From an uncultured Candidatus Binatia bacterium (GTDB lineage Bacteria; Desulfobacterota; Binatia; UBA9968; JAJDTQ01), in assembly GCA_964291295.2 (NCBI GenBank), contig OZ219754.1, positions 3,072,001-3,136,000 on the forward strand: 64,000 nucleotides of DNA, written 5' to 3'. Below are positions 21,407-31,951 of this stretch, piece after piece (positions within the stretch are counted from its first letter, which is position 1; each line of letters begins with the position of its first letter). Below the pieces are notes generated by a model, which saw only the letters and a list, made by a program, of their open reading frames with translations, was not told the origin of the DNA and made no database searches. The position numbers were made by a program, and so were the translations under genes.

Positions 21407-22987
21407 CTAGACGGAAAGTCGGGCCAGGTTCCGCCTGGCCAGCCGGTAGTCGTAGTAGATGCGGGTTCCGTACACCGCGGAAATCACCGTCGTGAGGATG
21501 CCGACGCACAGGGTCACGGCGAAACCGCGAATCGGACCGGTGCCGAACTGGAACAGGATCACGCCTGCCAGGAAGGTGGTCAGATTCGAGTCGAGGATGG
21601 CCGGTATGGCGCGCTCGTAACCCGTATCGATGGCCGAACGCGGCGGCTTGCCGTTCCTCACCTCTTCGCGAATGCGCTCGTTGATGAGCACGTTGGCATC
21701 GACGGCCATGCCCAGGGTCAGGATGATGCCGGCGATGCCCGGCAGGGTCAGCACCGCTTCGAAGCCCGCGAGAATCGCCATCATGAAGAAGATGTTCAAG
21801 ACCAGCGCGACGTCCGCCAACAGCCCCGCGCCACGGTAGTAGGCCGCCATGAAGATCAGTACGAGAACACTTCCGAGAATGAACGAGACGATCCCCTTCC
21901 GAACCGAGTCGCGCCCCAGGGACGGCCCGACAGTGCGTTCCTCGATGATTCGGACCGGCGCCGGCAGCGCCCCGGCCCGGAGCACGATGGCCAGGTCCCG
22001 GGCCTCCTGAAAGTCGAAGCTCCCGGTGATGGAGGCCACACCCCCGGAAATCCGCTCGCGGATCTGCGGCGCGGAGTAGACCCGGCCGTCCAGGACGATG
22101 GCCAGCAGCCGTCCGACGTTCTCGGCGGTCAGGCGGTCGAAGGCCGTACTACCCACGGAGTTCAGTACCAACTCGACGTACAGGCCTTCAAGCTGGTCGC
22201 CCCGGCGGACGTTGGCATCGGCGATGGCCTCCCCGGTCATCAACGTCCTCGCTTCCAGGAGATACGGTATCTTCTCGCGCCGCACGCGTGCCGACGCCGT
22301 ACCCTCGTACCCGTACAGGATCTCACGTCCCGGCGGTGGTCCCGAGCGCGCGGCCTGTTCCGGGTCGCCGCGCTCGTCCACCAGCTTGAACTCCAGCAGC
22401 GCGGTCTTGCCGATGAGCGCCTTGGCCCGCTCCGGATCCTGGATTCCGGGCAACTGGACCAGGATGTCCCGCTGTCCCTGGCGCTGAATGGTGGGTTCGG
22501 TGACGCCGAACTGGTCAATGCGGTTGCGGATGGTCTCGACGGTCTGGTCCACGGCGAAGTTGCGGATACGGTCCAGTTCCCGGCTCGCGAAGACCGCCCG
22601 CAACTCGGCCCCGCCGGTGCCGGAGACGGCTGCCTGCAGTTGGGGAAACTCCGTGGCGACGATGCCCCGGATCCGTTCCAGATTGTCCGGTGAGGCGGCC
22701 ACCACCAGCTCCCGGGCGTCGTGGACGGTGAGCTCCTCGAAGGCGATGCCGCGGCCCCGCAACTCGTCGCGGAGGGCACTGCGAACCCTGCGCATGCGGT
22801 TCTCCACGGCTTTCGCCACCTCCACCTCCAGCACCAGATGCGACCCGCCCTGCAGATCCAGGCCGAGCCGGATACCGTTCTCCGGCAGGAACCACAGGCC
22901 GGAGACGAAGCTTGGCGCCAGGTAGGCTCCCGCCGCCAGCAGGCAGGCCACCAGCACCACCCCACGAATGACCAGACTTTGACGCAT
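21407..22987 (-). CDS. secD: Protein translocase subunit SecD
   Basis: LGLDLQGG, NRIDQFGVTEP, LRAGALPAP, GMAVDANVLINERIREE. Confidence 0.97.
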   Translation of the reverse strand: MRQSLVIRGVVLVACLLAAGAYLAPSFVSGLWFLPENGIRLGLDLQGGSHLVLEVEVAKAVENRMRRVRSALRDELRGRGIAFEELTVHDARELVVAASPDNLERIRGIVATEFPQLQAAVSGTGGAELRAVFASRELDRIRNFAVDQTVETIRNRIDQFGVTEPTIQRQGQRDILVQLPGIQDPERAKALIGKTALLEFKLVDERGDPEQAARSGPPPGREILYGYEGTASARVRREKIPYLLEARTLMTGEAIADANVRRGDQLEGLYVELVLNSVGSTAFDRLTAENVGRLLAIVLDGRVYSAPQIRERISGGVASITGSFDFQEARDLAIVLRAGALPAPVRIIEERTVGPSLGRDSVRKGIVSFILGSVLVLIFMAAYYRGAGLLADVALVLNIFFMMAILAGFEAVLTLPGIAGIILTLGMAVDANVLINERIREEVRNGKPPRSAIDTGYERAIPAILDSNLTTFLAGVILFQFGTGPIRGFAVTLCVGILTTVISAVYGTRIYYDYRLARRNLARLSV

Positions 22988-23016
22988 GTTCGTTATACCG
23001 AAAGGAGGATCCCGAA

Positions 23017-23349
23017 CTACCTGGCCTTGGCCTCCTTGGCCCCGGTCGTCTTCTCGACTCTGAGGAGTTGGGCGACATGGCTCCGACTCACCCTGATCCT
23101 GACATTGGGCGCGACCTCCAGGGTCAACTCGGTCTCCGTCAGATTCAACACCTTGCCGAAAACCCCGCCCGTCGTCATCACTTCGTCATTGCGCTTGAGC
23201 TGTGCCAGCATGTTGCGGTGCTCCCTGGCCTTGCGTTGTTGCGGCCGGATCAGAAGAAAATAGAAGACCGCGAAAATCAGCACCAGCGGCAGCATGCTGA
23301 TGAAGGTGCTGGGTCCACCTCCGGCCTGCGCGTAGGCTACGTCCCACAT
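23017..23349 (-). CDS. yajC: Preprotein translocase subunit YajC
   Basis: FYFLLIRPQQRK, DEVMTTGG; tgt-yajC-secD synteny. Confidence 0.96.
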   Translation of the reverse strand: MWDVAYAQAGGGPSTFISMLPLVLIFAVFYFLLIRPQQRKAREHRNMLAQLKRNDEVMTTGGVFGKVLNLTETELTLEVAPNVRIRVSRSHVAQLLRVEKTTGAKEAKAR

Positions 23350-23383
23350 GACATCCTCCGAGTTTCAGTGGTGCGGGCGCCCG

Positions 23384-24460
23384 CTACAACCTTTCCAGGC
23401 TCGACCCCTCCCGAATGGCTCCGCGCAGTCCCGCCATCAGCCGCTGATAGTAGCAGACGTTGTGCAGCGTGTTCAGGTAAGCCGCCAGGATCTCGCCGGC
23501 CGTATGGAGGTGGCGAAGATAGGCTCGCGAAAAATGCCGGCAACCGTAGCATGGGCAGCCTTCCTCCACCGGACGCGCGTCCGTGGCAAAGGCCGCGTTC
23601 TTGATGCTGAGCTTTCCGGTGGCAGTGTATAACGTACCGTTCCTGGCATTCCTCGTCGGCAGAACGCAATCGAACAGATCATAGCCGGACCGGACCCCAT
23701 GAATCAAGTCTTCCGGCTTTCCCAGGCCCATGAGATAGCGCGGCCGGTCTTCGGGCATCAGCCGGGCGGCAAGGCTGCCGATCTCGGCCAGCAGCGCCGG
23801 CCCCTCACCGATGCCCAGCCCCCCGGCGGCAAAGCCGTCGAACGGGAGGTCGCGCAACCGGGCGGCGCAATCCTCCCGAAGGTCCTGGAACACACCGCCC
23901 TGGATGATCCCGAAGAGCGCGCCGTCCGGGTTCCGCGCCACCTCCAGCGACCGTTGCGCCCAGCGGACGGTCCGGTCCGTGGACTGCCTGACATACTCGC
24001 GGCTCGACGGGTACGGGATGCACTCGTCCAGAACCATGGCCACGTCGACGCCCAGCGCCTGCTGGATGGCCACCACCCTCTCGGGGCTCAGGAAGTGCGA
24101 AGAGCCGTCCAGATGGGACCGGAAGGAGACCCCCTCCTCGGTGATCCTGCGCATGGCGGCAAGGCTCAACACCTGGTAGCCGCCGCTGTCGGTGAGGATC
24201 GGCCCCGGCCAGCCCATGAAGGCGTGCAGGCCTCCAAGGTCGCGGATGACATCCTCTCCGGGCCGCAGGTGCAGGTGGTAGGTGTTGCAGAGGATGATCT
24301 GGCTCGACACCTCCTGGAGATCCCGGGGCGAGAGCGCCTTGACCGACCCCCGGGTGCCCACCGGCATGAACGCGGGGGTTTCCACCACGCCGTGGGCGGT
24401 CTCCAGCAGGCCGGTCCTTGCCCGGCTGTGCGGGTGGTTGTCCGTAATCGTGAACTTCAT
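23384..24460 (-). CDS. tgt: tRNA guanosine(34) transglycosylase
   Basis: FMPVGT, NTYHL, TDSGGYQ, FDCVLPTRNAR, CxCxxC..HN zinc site. Confidence 0.97.
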   Translation of the reverse strand: MKFTITDNHPHSRARTGLLETAHGVVETPAFMPVGTRGSVKALSPRDLQEVSSQIILCNTYHLHLRPGEDVIRDLGGLHAFMGWPGPILTDSGGYQVLSLAAMRRITEEGVSFRSHLDGSSHFLSPERVVAIQQALGVDVAMVLDECIPYPSSREYVRQSTDRTVRWAQRSLEVARNPDGALFGIIQGGVFQDLREDCAARLRDLPFDGFAAGGLGIGEGPALLAEIGSLAARLMPEDRPRYLMGLGKPEDLIHGVRSGYDLFDCVLPTRNARNGTLYTATGKLSIKNAAFATDARPVEEGCPCYGCRHFSRAYLRHLHTAGEILAAYLNTLHNVCYYQRLMAGLRGAIREGSSLERL

Positions 24461-24490
24461 GCGGGTGCGGAGCGGTCGAGGACGTCGCCG

Positions 24491-25528
24491 TCAGAGGATC
24501 AGCATGGCGTCGCCGTAGCTGTAGAACCGGTAGCCCTTGTCGATGGCCTCGGCATAGGCGCGGCGGACCCGGCCGAGACCGGCCAGCGCCGCCACCATGG
24601 CGAGGGGCGTCGAGCGCGGCAGGTGAAAGTTGGTGATGAGGGCGTCGATGCCGCGGAAGCGGTAGCCGCCGGTGATGAACAGCCGCGTGATGCCGGAGTC
24701 GGCCACCACCCTGCCCTTTCGCCGGACGATGCTCTCCAGCGTGCGGGTGGTGGTGGAACCCACGGCCACCACGCGTCGTCCCGCCGCCTTGGCCTGGCGG
24801 ATGCGCTCGGCCGCCGCCGCGCTCAGATCGTACCACTCGCCGTCCATGCGATGATGCTCCACCACCGCCTCCCGGACGGGACGGAAGGTTCCGAGACCCA
24901 CATGCAACGTCAGATACACGCTGTCGATGCCGGCCGCGGCCAGTTCGTCCAGCAGCGCCCGGGTAAAATGGAGGCCGGCGGTGGGCGCCGCCACCGAACC
25001 GGGCGTGGTGGCGTAGACCGTCTGGTAGCTTTCCTGGTCGCTCTCCCGGACGCGGCGCAGCCGCTGGATGTAGTGGGGCAGCGGTGCGGTCCCGATTTCG
25101 TCCAGCGCATGCCGAAAACGCCCGGGCGGCTCGAATCCGAGGCCGTAGCGGCCCGACCCGAGGTCCCCCAGCACCGTGGCCGTGATGGCACCGGAGAACA
25201 GAATGCGCCCGCCAACCCGCGGCTTCCTGGAGGCATCGACCAGCGCGAGCCAGAGTCCCCGGCTGGCGTCGAAGGGCTCCACCAGCAGCACCGTCACCCT
25301 GCCGCCGCTCTCCTTGCGCCCTTCGAGGCGCGCCGGGATCACTCTGGAGTCATTGAGCACCAGCAGATCGCCCGGGCAGAGGAACTCGCCCAGGGAGGCG
25401 AAGCCGGAATGGATGATGGCGTCCGATCGACGATCGACCACCATGAGACGGGCCGACACGCGGTCTTGCGCCGGGTACGCGGAAATCAGCGACTCGGGAA
25501 GCTCATAGGCCAGCTCTTCCAGCAGCAT
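24491..25528 (-). CDS. queA: SAM:tRNA ribosyltransferase-isomerase
   Basis: PLPHYI, SVAAPTAGLHF, LHVGLGTF, TNFHLP, YRFYSYGDAM. Confidence 0.97.
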   Translation of the reverse strand: MLLEELAYELPESLISAYPAQDRVSARLMVVDRRSDAIIHSGFASLGEFLCPGDLLVLNDSRVIPARLEGRKESGGRVTVLLVEPFDASRGLWLALVDASRKPRVGGRILFSGAITATVLGDLGSGRYGLGFEPPGRFRHALDEIGTAPLPHYIQRLRRVRESDQESYQTVYATTPGSVAAPTAGLHFTRALLDELAAAGIDSVYLTLHVGLGTFRPVREAVVEHHRMDGEWYDLSAAAAERIRQAKAAGRRVVAVGSTTTRTLESIVRRKGRVVADSGITRLFITGGYRFRGIDALITNFHLPRSTPLAMVAALAGLGRVRRAYAEAIDKGYRFYSYGDAMLIL

Positions 25529-25659
25529 GCAACTCAGTCGCCCCCGGCGGCCCGTGCCCGGCGCACCAGGAAAGGTCTGGACAACCCCGTGTTCGCCGGG
25601 GCCGCATCAATGGGGCGCGAGCCGTTCAATGTCGCGCCATCGCCTTGTCCAGCCATTCC

Positions 25660-26427
25660 CTAAGTCGCGTCGTCATCCCGCTGGCGGTTCAGGAACGGCG
25701 TCAGCAGGTCCACCGGCACCGGGAAGATGGTGGTGGAGTTCTTGTCGCCGGCCACTTCCTGGAGGCTTTGCAGGAAGCGGAGCTGCATGGCCATGGGCTC
25801 CTTGGCGATGACCGTGGCGGCCTCCTGCAGCTTCTGGGAAGCCTGATATTCGCCATCGGCCAGGATGACCTTGGCCCGCCGCTCGCGCTCCGCCTCGGCT
25901 TGCCGGGCCATGGCGCGCTGCATTTCCTCCGGCAGATCGATGTGCTTGAGTTCGGTCAGCACGACCTTGATGCCCCAGGGATCGGTCTGCTCGTCGAGGA
26001 TCTTCTGGATGTCGGCGTTGAGGCGCTCCCGCTCCGACAGAAGCTGGTCCAGTTCCGCCTGTCCGCAGATGCTCCTCAAGGTCACCTGGGCGAGCTGCGA
26101 GGTGGCGAACAGGTAGTTGGCCACCTCCCGGACGGCCCGATTGGGATCCAGAACCCGGAAGTAGAGCACCGCGTTGACCTTCACCGACACGTTGTCCCGG
26201 GTGATGACGTCCTGGGAGGGCACGTCCATGGTGACGGTCCGAAGCTCGATCCGCTCCATCTTTTCGATGAAGGGAATCACGTAGATGAGTCCCGGGCCGC
26301 GGGAGGCGACCATGCGGCCAAGGCGGAAGATGACACCACGTTCGTATTCCTTGAGGATCTTGATACCGCTCAGCGCCAGACCGATGACGATGATCAGCAC
26401 GATGGCGATGGGTCCGATTTCGAGCAT
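25660..26427 (-). CDS. SPFH/band 7 (slipin/stomatin) protein
   Basis: [38 protein letters not shown]; downstream of nfeD. Confidence 0.93.
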   Translation of the reverse strand: MLEIGPIAIVLIIVIGLALSGIKILKEYERGVIFRLGRMVASRGPGLIYVIPFIEKMERIELRTVTMDVPSQDVITRDNVSVKVNAVLYFRVLDPNRAVREVANYLFATSQLAQVTLRSICGQAELDQLLSERERLNADIQKILDEQTDPWGIKVVLTELKHIDLPEEMQRAMARQAEAERERRAKVILADGEYQASQKLQEAATVIAKEPMAMQLRFLQSLQEVAGDKNSTTIFPVPVDLLTPFLNRQRDDDAT

Positions 26428-26467
26428 CCGTTTCTCCTGCGCCGCCGCAGCCTGACCGAGAGGCCGG

Positions 26468-27793
26468 TCACGCACCCGTGACGCGTCTGACCTTGAGTAT
26501 CATGCCGTCGTGTCCGACGACCTCGATCCGCTCCCCCGGCTCCAGCCGCTCCGGGCACGACGCGTTCCATATCTCGCCATGGACGAAGACCCTGCCCCCG
26601 GGGTCCAGCCGGTCCCGCACCTCGCCCACCTCGCCCACCAGACCCTCGTATCCCAGGGTCGCCCGCCGTCGCTGCGACTTCACCACCAGAAACGTGACCG
26701 CCAGCACGAACGCGCTCAGAGTACCCACCGCGGCCACGATGATGGAGCCGTCCACCGAGAGGTCGGAACCCTCCACGTCGAACAACAGCAGCGAACCCAG
26801 GCCAAGGGACACCACGCCGCTGATGCCGAGCAGCCCGAAACTCGGCAGGAACGCCTCGGCCACAAGCAGGCACAGCCCGAGGACCATGAGCAGCAGGCCG
26901 GCATAGTTGATGGGCAGTACCTGAAAGGACGCCAGCGCCAGCAGGAGCGCGATGCCGCCGGCGACGCCCGGGAAGAGCGCTCCGGGGTTCGAGAACTCCA
27001 TGTAAAGGCCCAGGATGCCCGCCATCATCAGCAGGTAGGCGACGTTGGGATGCGCCAGGATGTTGAGGACCTTGTGTTTCAGCCCCATCTCGAAGCGCAG
27101 CACGGACACGCCGTCGAAATCCAGGGTGCGCCGGACCCCGGCCACATCCACCTCGCGCCCGCTGGCCTGCTTCAGAAGATCACCCACGTCCAGCGCGATG
27201 AGGTCGATGACGCGCTTGTCCAGCGCCTCCTTGTCGGTGATGGAGATGCTCCGCCGCACCGCCTGAATCGCGAACTCGGTGTTGCGGCCGCGCCGCTGGG
27301 CAATGGTCTCGCTGAACGAAGCCGTGAAATTCTCGATCTTCTCGCCCATCACCCCCTTGACTTCCTCGCCTCCTCCCGCCACCGGATGGGCCGCGCCGAT
27401 GTTCGTGCCCGGAGCCATGGCGGCGACATTGGCCGCCATGGTGATGAACACCCCGGCGGAACCGGCGCCGGCGCCGCTGGGCGCAACGTAGACGATGACC
27501 GGCAGCGGCGCGCTCAGCATTTCCTTGACGATGGAACGCGTGGAGGACAGCAGGCCGCCGGGCGTGTCGAGCTGGATGATCAGGGCGCGGGCGTTGCCCT
27601 CGTGCGCCCGCTGGATGCTCTCGCGAATGTAGTCGTTGACCGCCGGGTTTATGCCGCCGTCGATGACGATGAGGTTGACGTGGGAGCCGGCGTCGGACTC
27701 GCGAGCCGCCTCTCCCGTGCCCGCGGCAACCCAGGCGATGCCCGCCAGCAGCAGCCACCACAACATGTGCGATCTCATGCGCCCGCGCCTCAT
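26468..27793 (-). CDS. nfeD: NfeD family membrane-bound serine protease (long form)
   Basis: [20 protein letters not shown]-terminal [10 protein letters not shown] fold. Confidence 0.93.
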   Translation of the reverse strand: MRRGRMRSHMLWWLLLAGIAWVAAGTGEAARESDAGSHVNLIVIDGGINPAVNDYIRESIQRAHEGNARALIIQLDTPGGLLSSTRSIVKEMLSAPLPVIVYVAPSGAGAGSAGVFITMAANVAAMAPGTNIGAAHPVAGGGEEVKGVMGEKIENFTASFSETIAQRRGRNTEFAIQAVRRSISITDKEALDKRVIDLIALDVGDLLKQASGREVDVAGVRRTLDFDGVSVLRFEMGLKHKVLNILAHPNVAYLLMMAGILGLYMEFSNPGALFPGVAGGIALLLALASFQVLPINYAGLLLMVLGLCLLVAEAFLPSFGLLGISGVVSLGLGSLLLFDVEGSDLSVDGSIIVAAVGTLSAFVLAVTFLVVKSQRRRATLGYEGLVGEVGEVRDRLDPGGRVFVHGEIWNASCPERLEPGERIEVVGHDGMILKVRRVTGA

Positions 27794-28525
27794 CTACGCC
27801 ACCACCGTCCCGAGCTCCCGCAGGACGCTCTTGATGTCATCCCACACCAGCCGCTTGTCGGCCGGATTGCGCAGCAGATAGGCCGGATGAAAGGTCGGCA
27901 TCAGCCGAATGCCGCGGTAGTCGTGCCAGTGCCCGCGCAGCCGGGACACCGGCACCGCGGAGCGCGTCAGGGTCTGCGCCGCGAACTTGCCCAACGCGAC
28001 GATCACCCTCGGCTTGACCAGCTCGATCTGACGGTCGAGGAACGGCTCGCACGACGCCACCTCGTCGGGCTCGGGATCGCGGTTCCGCGGCGGGCGGCAC
28101 TTGACCACGTTGGCGATGTAGACGTCTTCGCGCCGCAGCCTCATGCCCTTGGTGATGATGTCGTTGAGCAACTGTCCGGCGCGGCCCACGAAAGGTTCTC
28201 CCCGGAGATCTTCGTCCCGGCCCGGCCCCTCCCCCACGAACATGACATCGGCGGCGGGGTTGCCGGTCCCGAAGACGATGTGGGTACGCTCCTGCCACAG
28301 CCGGCAGCGGCGGCATTCGCCCAGAACCTGGCGAAGCTGCCCCAAGTCCCCGGCTGCGCCGGTCTCGCCGCCGGCAGCGGTGTCCGGACCACGGGCCACC
28401 CGCGCCGGCCCGGGCAGCACCGGTATTCCCGCGGCCCGGTGCTGTTCAAGGCAACTCCGGAGCGACGTCACCGCCACCGCGAGACGCCGCCGTAACCGCT
28501 GCCGCCGTGGCTCAAGGCTTTCCAT
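27794..28525 (-). CDS. Uracil-DNA glycosylase family 4
   Basis: CRRCRL, GEGPG, PFVGRAG, KCRPPRNR, HPAYLLR. Confidence 0.93.
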   Translation of the reverse strand: MESLEPRRQRLRRRLAVAVTSLRSCLEQHRAAGIPVLPGPARVARGPDTAAGGETGAAGDLGQLRQVLGECRRCRLWQERTHIVFGTGNPAADVMFVGEGPGRDEDLRGEPFVGRAGQLLNDIITKGMRLRREDVYIANVVKCRPPRNRDPEPDEVASCEPFLDRQIELVKPRVIVALGKFAAQTLTRSAVPVSRLRGHWHDYRGIRLMPTFHPAYLLRNPADKRLVWDDIKSVLRELGTVVA

Positions 28526-28625
28526 GTCGATGTCGTCAACCTCGTCAACGCGATACGATGCATGATTTCTGTTTACGACAATTGCCGCGGCAGGGCAATG
28601 CTCCCGACCGGGCGGGACACGGGGC

Positions 28626-29840
28626 TCAGGCGAGCCGGTCCCGAGCCTGGTTCTTGTGCTGGAGAAACCAGTCGCAGATGCGTTCGGCCACCGCATCCTT
28701 GCTCATGGCCGGCAGCGGCGTGACCGTGCCGTCCCGGTCCAGCAGCGTCACCGCGTTGGTCTCCACGTCGAAGCCGCTGTCCGCCCGGGTGACGTCGTTG
28801 GCCACCAGCAGGTCGAGGTTCTTCCGGTGCAGCTTCCCGCGGGCGTTTTCCAGCAGCGACTCGGTCTCCGCGGCGAAACCCACCACGGTCTGGTGCCGTT
28901 TCCGGGCGCCCAACTCCGCCACGATGTCCGGATTGGGGACGAACTCGGGGCGGAGGCTGTCGCCGCTCCGCTTCATCTTGTGGCCGGACGCGGAACGGGG
29001 CCGGTAGTCCGCCACCGCCGCCGCCATGAAAACCGCCGTGGCCGTGTCGAACTCCGCCAGCACGGCGCCGTGCATCTCCTGGGCCGTGACCACCGGCACC
29101 GTCCTGACGCCTTCGGGCCCGGCCAGGGCCGTCGGACCGCTCACCAAGGTGACCTGCGCACCGCGGCGGGCGGCGGCCCTGGCCAGGGCGTAACCCATCT
29201 TCCCGGACGACCGGTTGGAAATGAAACGCACCGGGTCCAGGGGTTCCCGGGTCGGCCCGGCGGTGACCACCACCTTCTCGCCGGCCAGGTCCCCGGGCCC
29301 GAGAAGACGCCGGACCTCCTCGACGATGGCCGGCGGTTCCGGCAGACGCCCCTTGCCCTCGTAGCCGCAGGCCAGATAGCCGGCGCCCGCTTCCATGACA
29401 TGGCAGCCCACGCCCCTCAACCGGGCGAGATTCGCCTGTACCATGGGATGGGCCAGCATGTGCACGTTCATGGACGGCACCACCAGCAGGGGAGCCCGGG
29501 TCGCCAGCGCCACGGTGGTGAGAAGATCGTCGGCAATGCCCGCGGCCAGCTTCGCGATGATGTTGGCGGTGGCCGGCGCCACCACCAGCACGTCGGCACT
29601 GTCCGCGAGGTTGATGTGGCCGATCTCGGATTCCTGGGTCAGGCTGAACAGGTCGGTGCCGACCGGCGCCCCCGAAAGGGTTTGAAAACTCAGCGGCGTG
29701 ACGAACTCGGCGGCTTCCCGGGTCATCACCACCCGGACCACGCACGACTCCCGCACCAGGAGACGCACCAGTTCAAGGGCCTTGTAGCAGGCGATTCCTC
29801 CGGCCACTCCCAGGACGACCCGCGGCTCTTCCACGGACAT
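28626..29840 (-). CDS. coaBC: Bifunctional phosphopantothenoylcysteine decarboxylase/synthetase
   Basis: GGIACYK, PATAN, PSMN, LACG, TAGPT, SSGKMG, GFAAET. Confidence 0.96.
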   Translation of the reverse strand: MSVEEPRVVLGVAGGIACYKALELVRLLVRESCVVRVVMTREAAEFVTPLSFQTLSGAPVGTDLFSLTQESEIGHINLADSADVLVVAPATANIIAKLAAGIADDLLTTVALATRAPLLVVPSMNVHMLAHPMVQANLARLRGVGCHVMEAGAGYLACGYEGKGRLPEPPAIVEEVRRLLGPGDLAGEKVVVTAGPTREPLDPVRFISNRSSGKMGYALARAAARRGAQVTLVSGPTALAGPEGVRTVPVVTAQEMHGAVLAEFDTATAVFMAAAVADYRPRSASGHKMKRSGDSLRPEFVPNPDIVAELGARKRHQTVVGFAAETESLLENARGKLHRKNLDLLVANDVTRADSGFDVETNAVTLLDRDGTVTPLPAMSKDAVAERICDWFLQHKNQARDRLA

Positions 29841-29979
29841 CGGCTTTTCCACGAATACACGCTCTCCGGCATTCGACGGGCACACACTCCAACTCTACGG
29901 CCCCGCACGGTATCCCATTGATGACAGGTTTTCAAACTCTTGATTTCACGGGGCCGTGGTGTTAATTGCCTTGATACTC

Positions 29980-30795
29980 ATGCGAATCCGCAGCCTTGCG
30001 ATCCCGGCCCGCCCGATCCCGACCCCAGTCCTCCCGATCCCGGCCCGCCCGATCCTTGTCCTCCCGATCCTTTTTCTGCTGCTTCACTTGAGCCTGCCCC
30101 CATGGGTCGGTTCGCAGGTCGGTCCCGGCGAGGCTGCGGAAACGGGCCTGTCAGGCTTCGGCGGGCCGGCCACCGCGGCGCCGCACCACGACCCGTTCGA
30201 GCGAATCAACGACGACATCTTCAAATTCAACAGCGACTTCGACCGCTTCGTCCTGGAGCCGGTAGCCAGGGCCTATGCGGCGGCGCTCCCCCTGTCGGCC
30301 CGGACCGGGATACGCAATGCCGTCAACAATCTCGACGTGGCCAGGAAGACGGCCAACAACCTGCTCCAGGGAAGACCCGTCTCGGCCAGCCGCGAGGTGG
30401 TCCGCTTCGTTGTCAACAGCACCGTCGGCATCGCCGGGGTCTTCGACATGGCCGCCAGGCTCGGGCTGGAGCCCAGCGACCCGGACATGGGCATCACGCT
30501 GGGTGTCTACGGTTTCGGTCACGGCGCCTATCTGGTGCTCCCGTTCCTTCCGCCGACGACTCTCCGGGACGGGCTGGGCAAGGTGGCGGACTCGTTCATG
30601 AATCCGCTGAGGTATTTCACGCCGTCCCATGTGCCCCTGGCCATCGGAGTCACCAGCGCCATCAACAGCCGTTCCCTGAACATGGAGATGTTCGAGGCGC
30701 TGCGACACAGCATCGACCCCTATGGCGCGGCGCGGGACGCCTATCTGCAAATCCGGCGGCAGAAGCTGCAGGCGGCCCGGGCCGCGGGACCGTAG
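29980..30795 (+). CDS. mlaA: MlaA/VacJ family protein (start uncertain)
   Basis: [50 protein letters not shown]. Confidence 0.85.
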   Translation: MRIRSLAIPARPIPTPVLPIPARPILVLPILFLLLHLSLPPWVGSQVGPGEAAETGLSGFGGPATAAPHHDPFERINDDIFKFNSDFDRFVLEPVARAYAAALPLSARTGIRNAVNNLDVARKTANNLLQGRPVSASREVVRFVVNSTVGIAGVFDMAARLGLEPSDPDMGITLGVYGFGHGAYLVLPFLPPTTLRDGLGKVADSFMNPLRYFTPSHVPLAIGVTSAINSRSLNMEMFEALRHSIDPYGAARDAYLQIRRQKLQAARAAGP

Positions 30796-30833
30796 CGGGC
30801 CGTTTCCCGGCGCCGCGCCCCACTGGCATGACC

Positions 30834-31946
30834 ATGCGCAAGCCTTCTCTCCTTTCCGGAAGAACGATCGATCCGAAGCCCATCGGCGCCGGGACCACCC
30901 TGGTGGAGCTCATCGACGACAACTTCGTCTCCTACAACAGCGGCCGCCTGCGCGAGGCATGCCAGTTGTTTACCGGGAAGATCCTTGCGGACGACGTCAC
31001 GGTCGGACTCAGCATCACCGGCGCCCTCACCCCGGCCGGACTCGGCATGAGCGCGTTCATCCCGCTCATCGAGAACGGCTTCGTGGACTGGATCGTCAGC
31101 ACCGGCGCGAATCTCTATCACGACGCCCACTTCGCCATCGGCCTGTCCATGCACCGGGGCAACTTCGACGCCGACGACGTCGACCTGCGCGAACAGGGCG
31201 TCGTGCGCATCTACGACATCTTCTTCGACTACGACGTCCTCATCGCCACCGACGACTTCTTTCGCGAGATACTGAAGGCCCCCGGGTTCCAGAAGGAGAT
31301 GGGGACGGCCGAGTTGCACCACCGCGTGGGCCGTTACCTCGACGAAAGGGAGAAGGTCCTGGGGCTCGAAAGGCGCTCGCTTCTGGCTGCCGCGTACCGG
31401 GGCGGCGTACCGGTGTACACCTCGTCGCCCGGCGACAGCTCCATCGGCATGAATGTCGCGGCCCTGGCGTTGAAGGGCAACGGCCTTCGCATCGACGTCT
31501 CGCGCGATGTCAACGAGTCCGCGGCCCTGGTGCTGGCGGCCAAGCGTGCCGGGGGCCGCAGCGCCGCGGTCATCCTCGGCGGCGGTTCGCCCAAGAACTT
31601 CCTGCTTCAGACCGAACCGCACATCCAGGAGGTACTCGGGCTTGAGGAAAAGGGGTTCGATTATTTCATCCAGATCACCGACGCGCGCGTGGACACCGGA
31701 GGTCTCTCCGGAGCCACCCCCGCCGAGGCCGTGAGCTGGGGCAAGGTGGACCCCGATCAACTGCCCGACTCCGTGGTCTGCTACGTGGACAGCACCATCG
31801 CCGTGCCGCTGATGACGGCCTACGCCATCGGCAAACACCCGCCAAGAAAACTGAAACGTCTCTACCACACGCGCGAGGAGGCGCTGGCGCACATCGCCGA
31901 CGAGATCCGCGAGAAGTTCGGCAATGTGCCGCTGGCACAGCGCTGA
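30834..31946 (+). CDS. Deoxyhypusine synthase-like protein (homospermidine biosynthesis SpeY type)
   Basis: [40 protein letters not shown] with catalytic Lys. Confidence 0.9.
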   Translation: MRKPSLLSGRTIDPKPIGAGTTLVELIDDNFVSYNSGRLREACQLFTGKILADDVTVGLSITGALTPAGLGMSAFIPLIENGFVDWIVSTGANLYHDAHFAIGLSMHRGNFDADDVDLREQGVVRIYDIFFDYDVLIATDDFFREILKAPGFQKEMGTAELHHRVGRYLDEREKVLGLERRSLLAAAYRGGVPVYTSSPGDSSIGMNVAALALKGNGLRIDVSRDVNESAALVLAAKRAGGRSAAVILGGGSPKNFLLQTEPHIQEVLGLEEKGFDYFIQITDARVDTGGLSGATPAEAVSWGKVDPDQLPDSVVCYVDSTIAVPLMTAYAIGKHPPRKLKRLYHTREEALAHIADEIREKFGNVPLAQR

Positions 31947-31951
31947 CGGAC

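Noticed and set aside
29940-31946. 668-aa ORF as a long fusion protein
   Set aside because: The N-terminal 298 aa are an off-frame reading of mlaA; the DHS-like protein starts near 30834.
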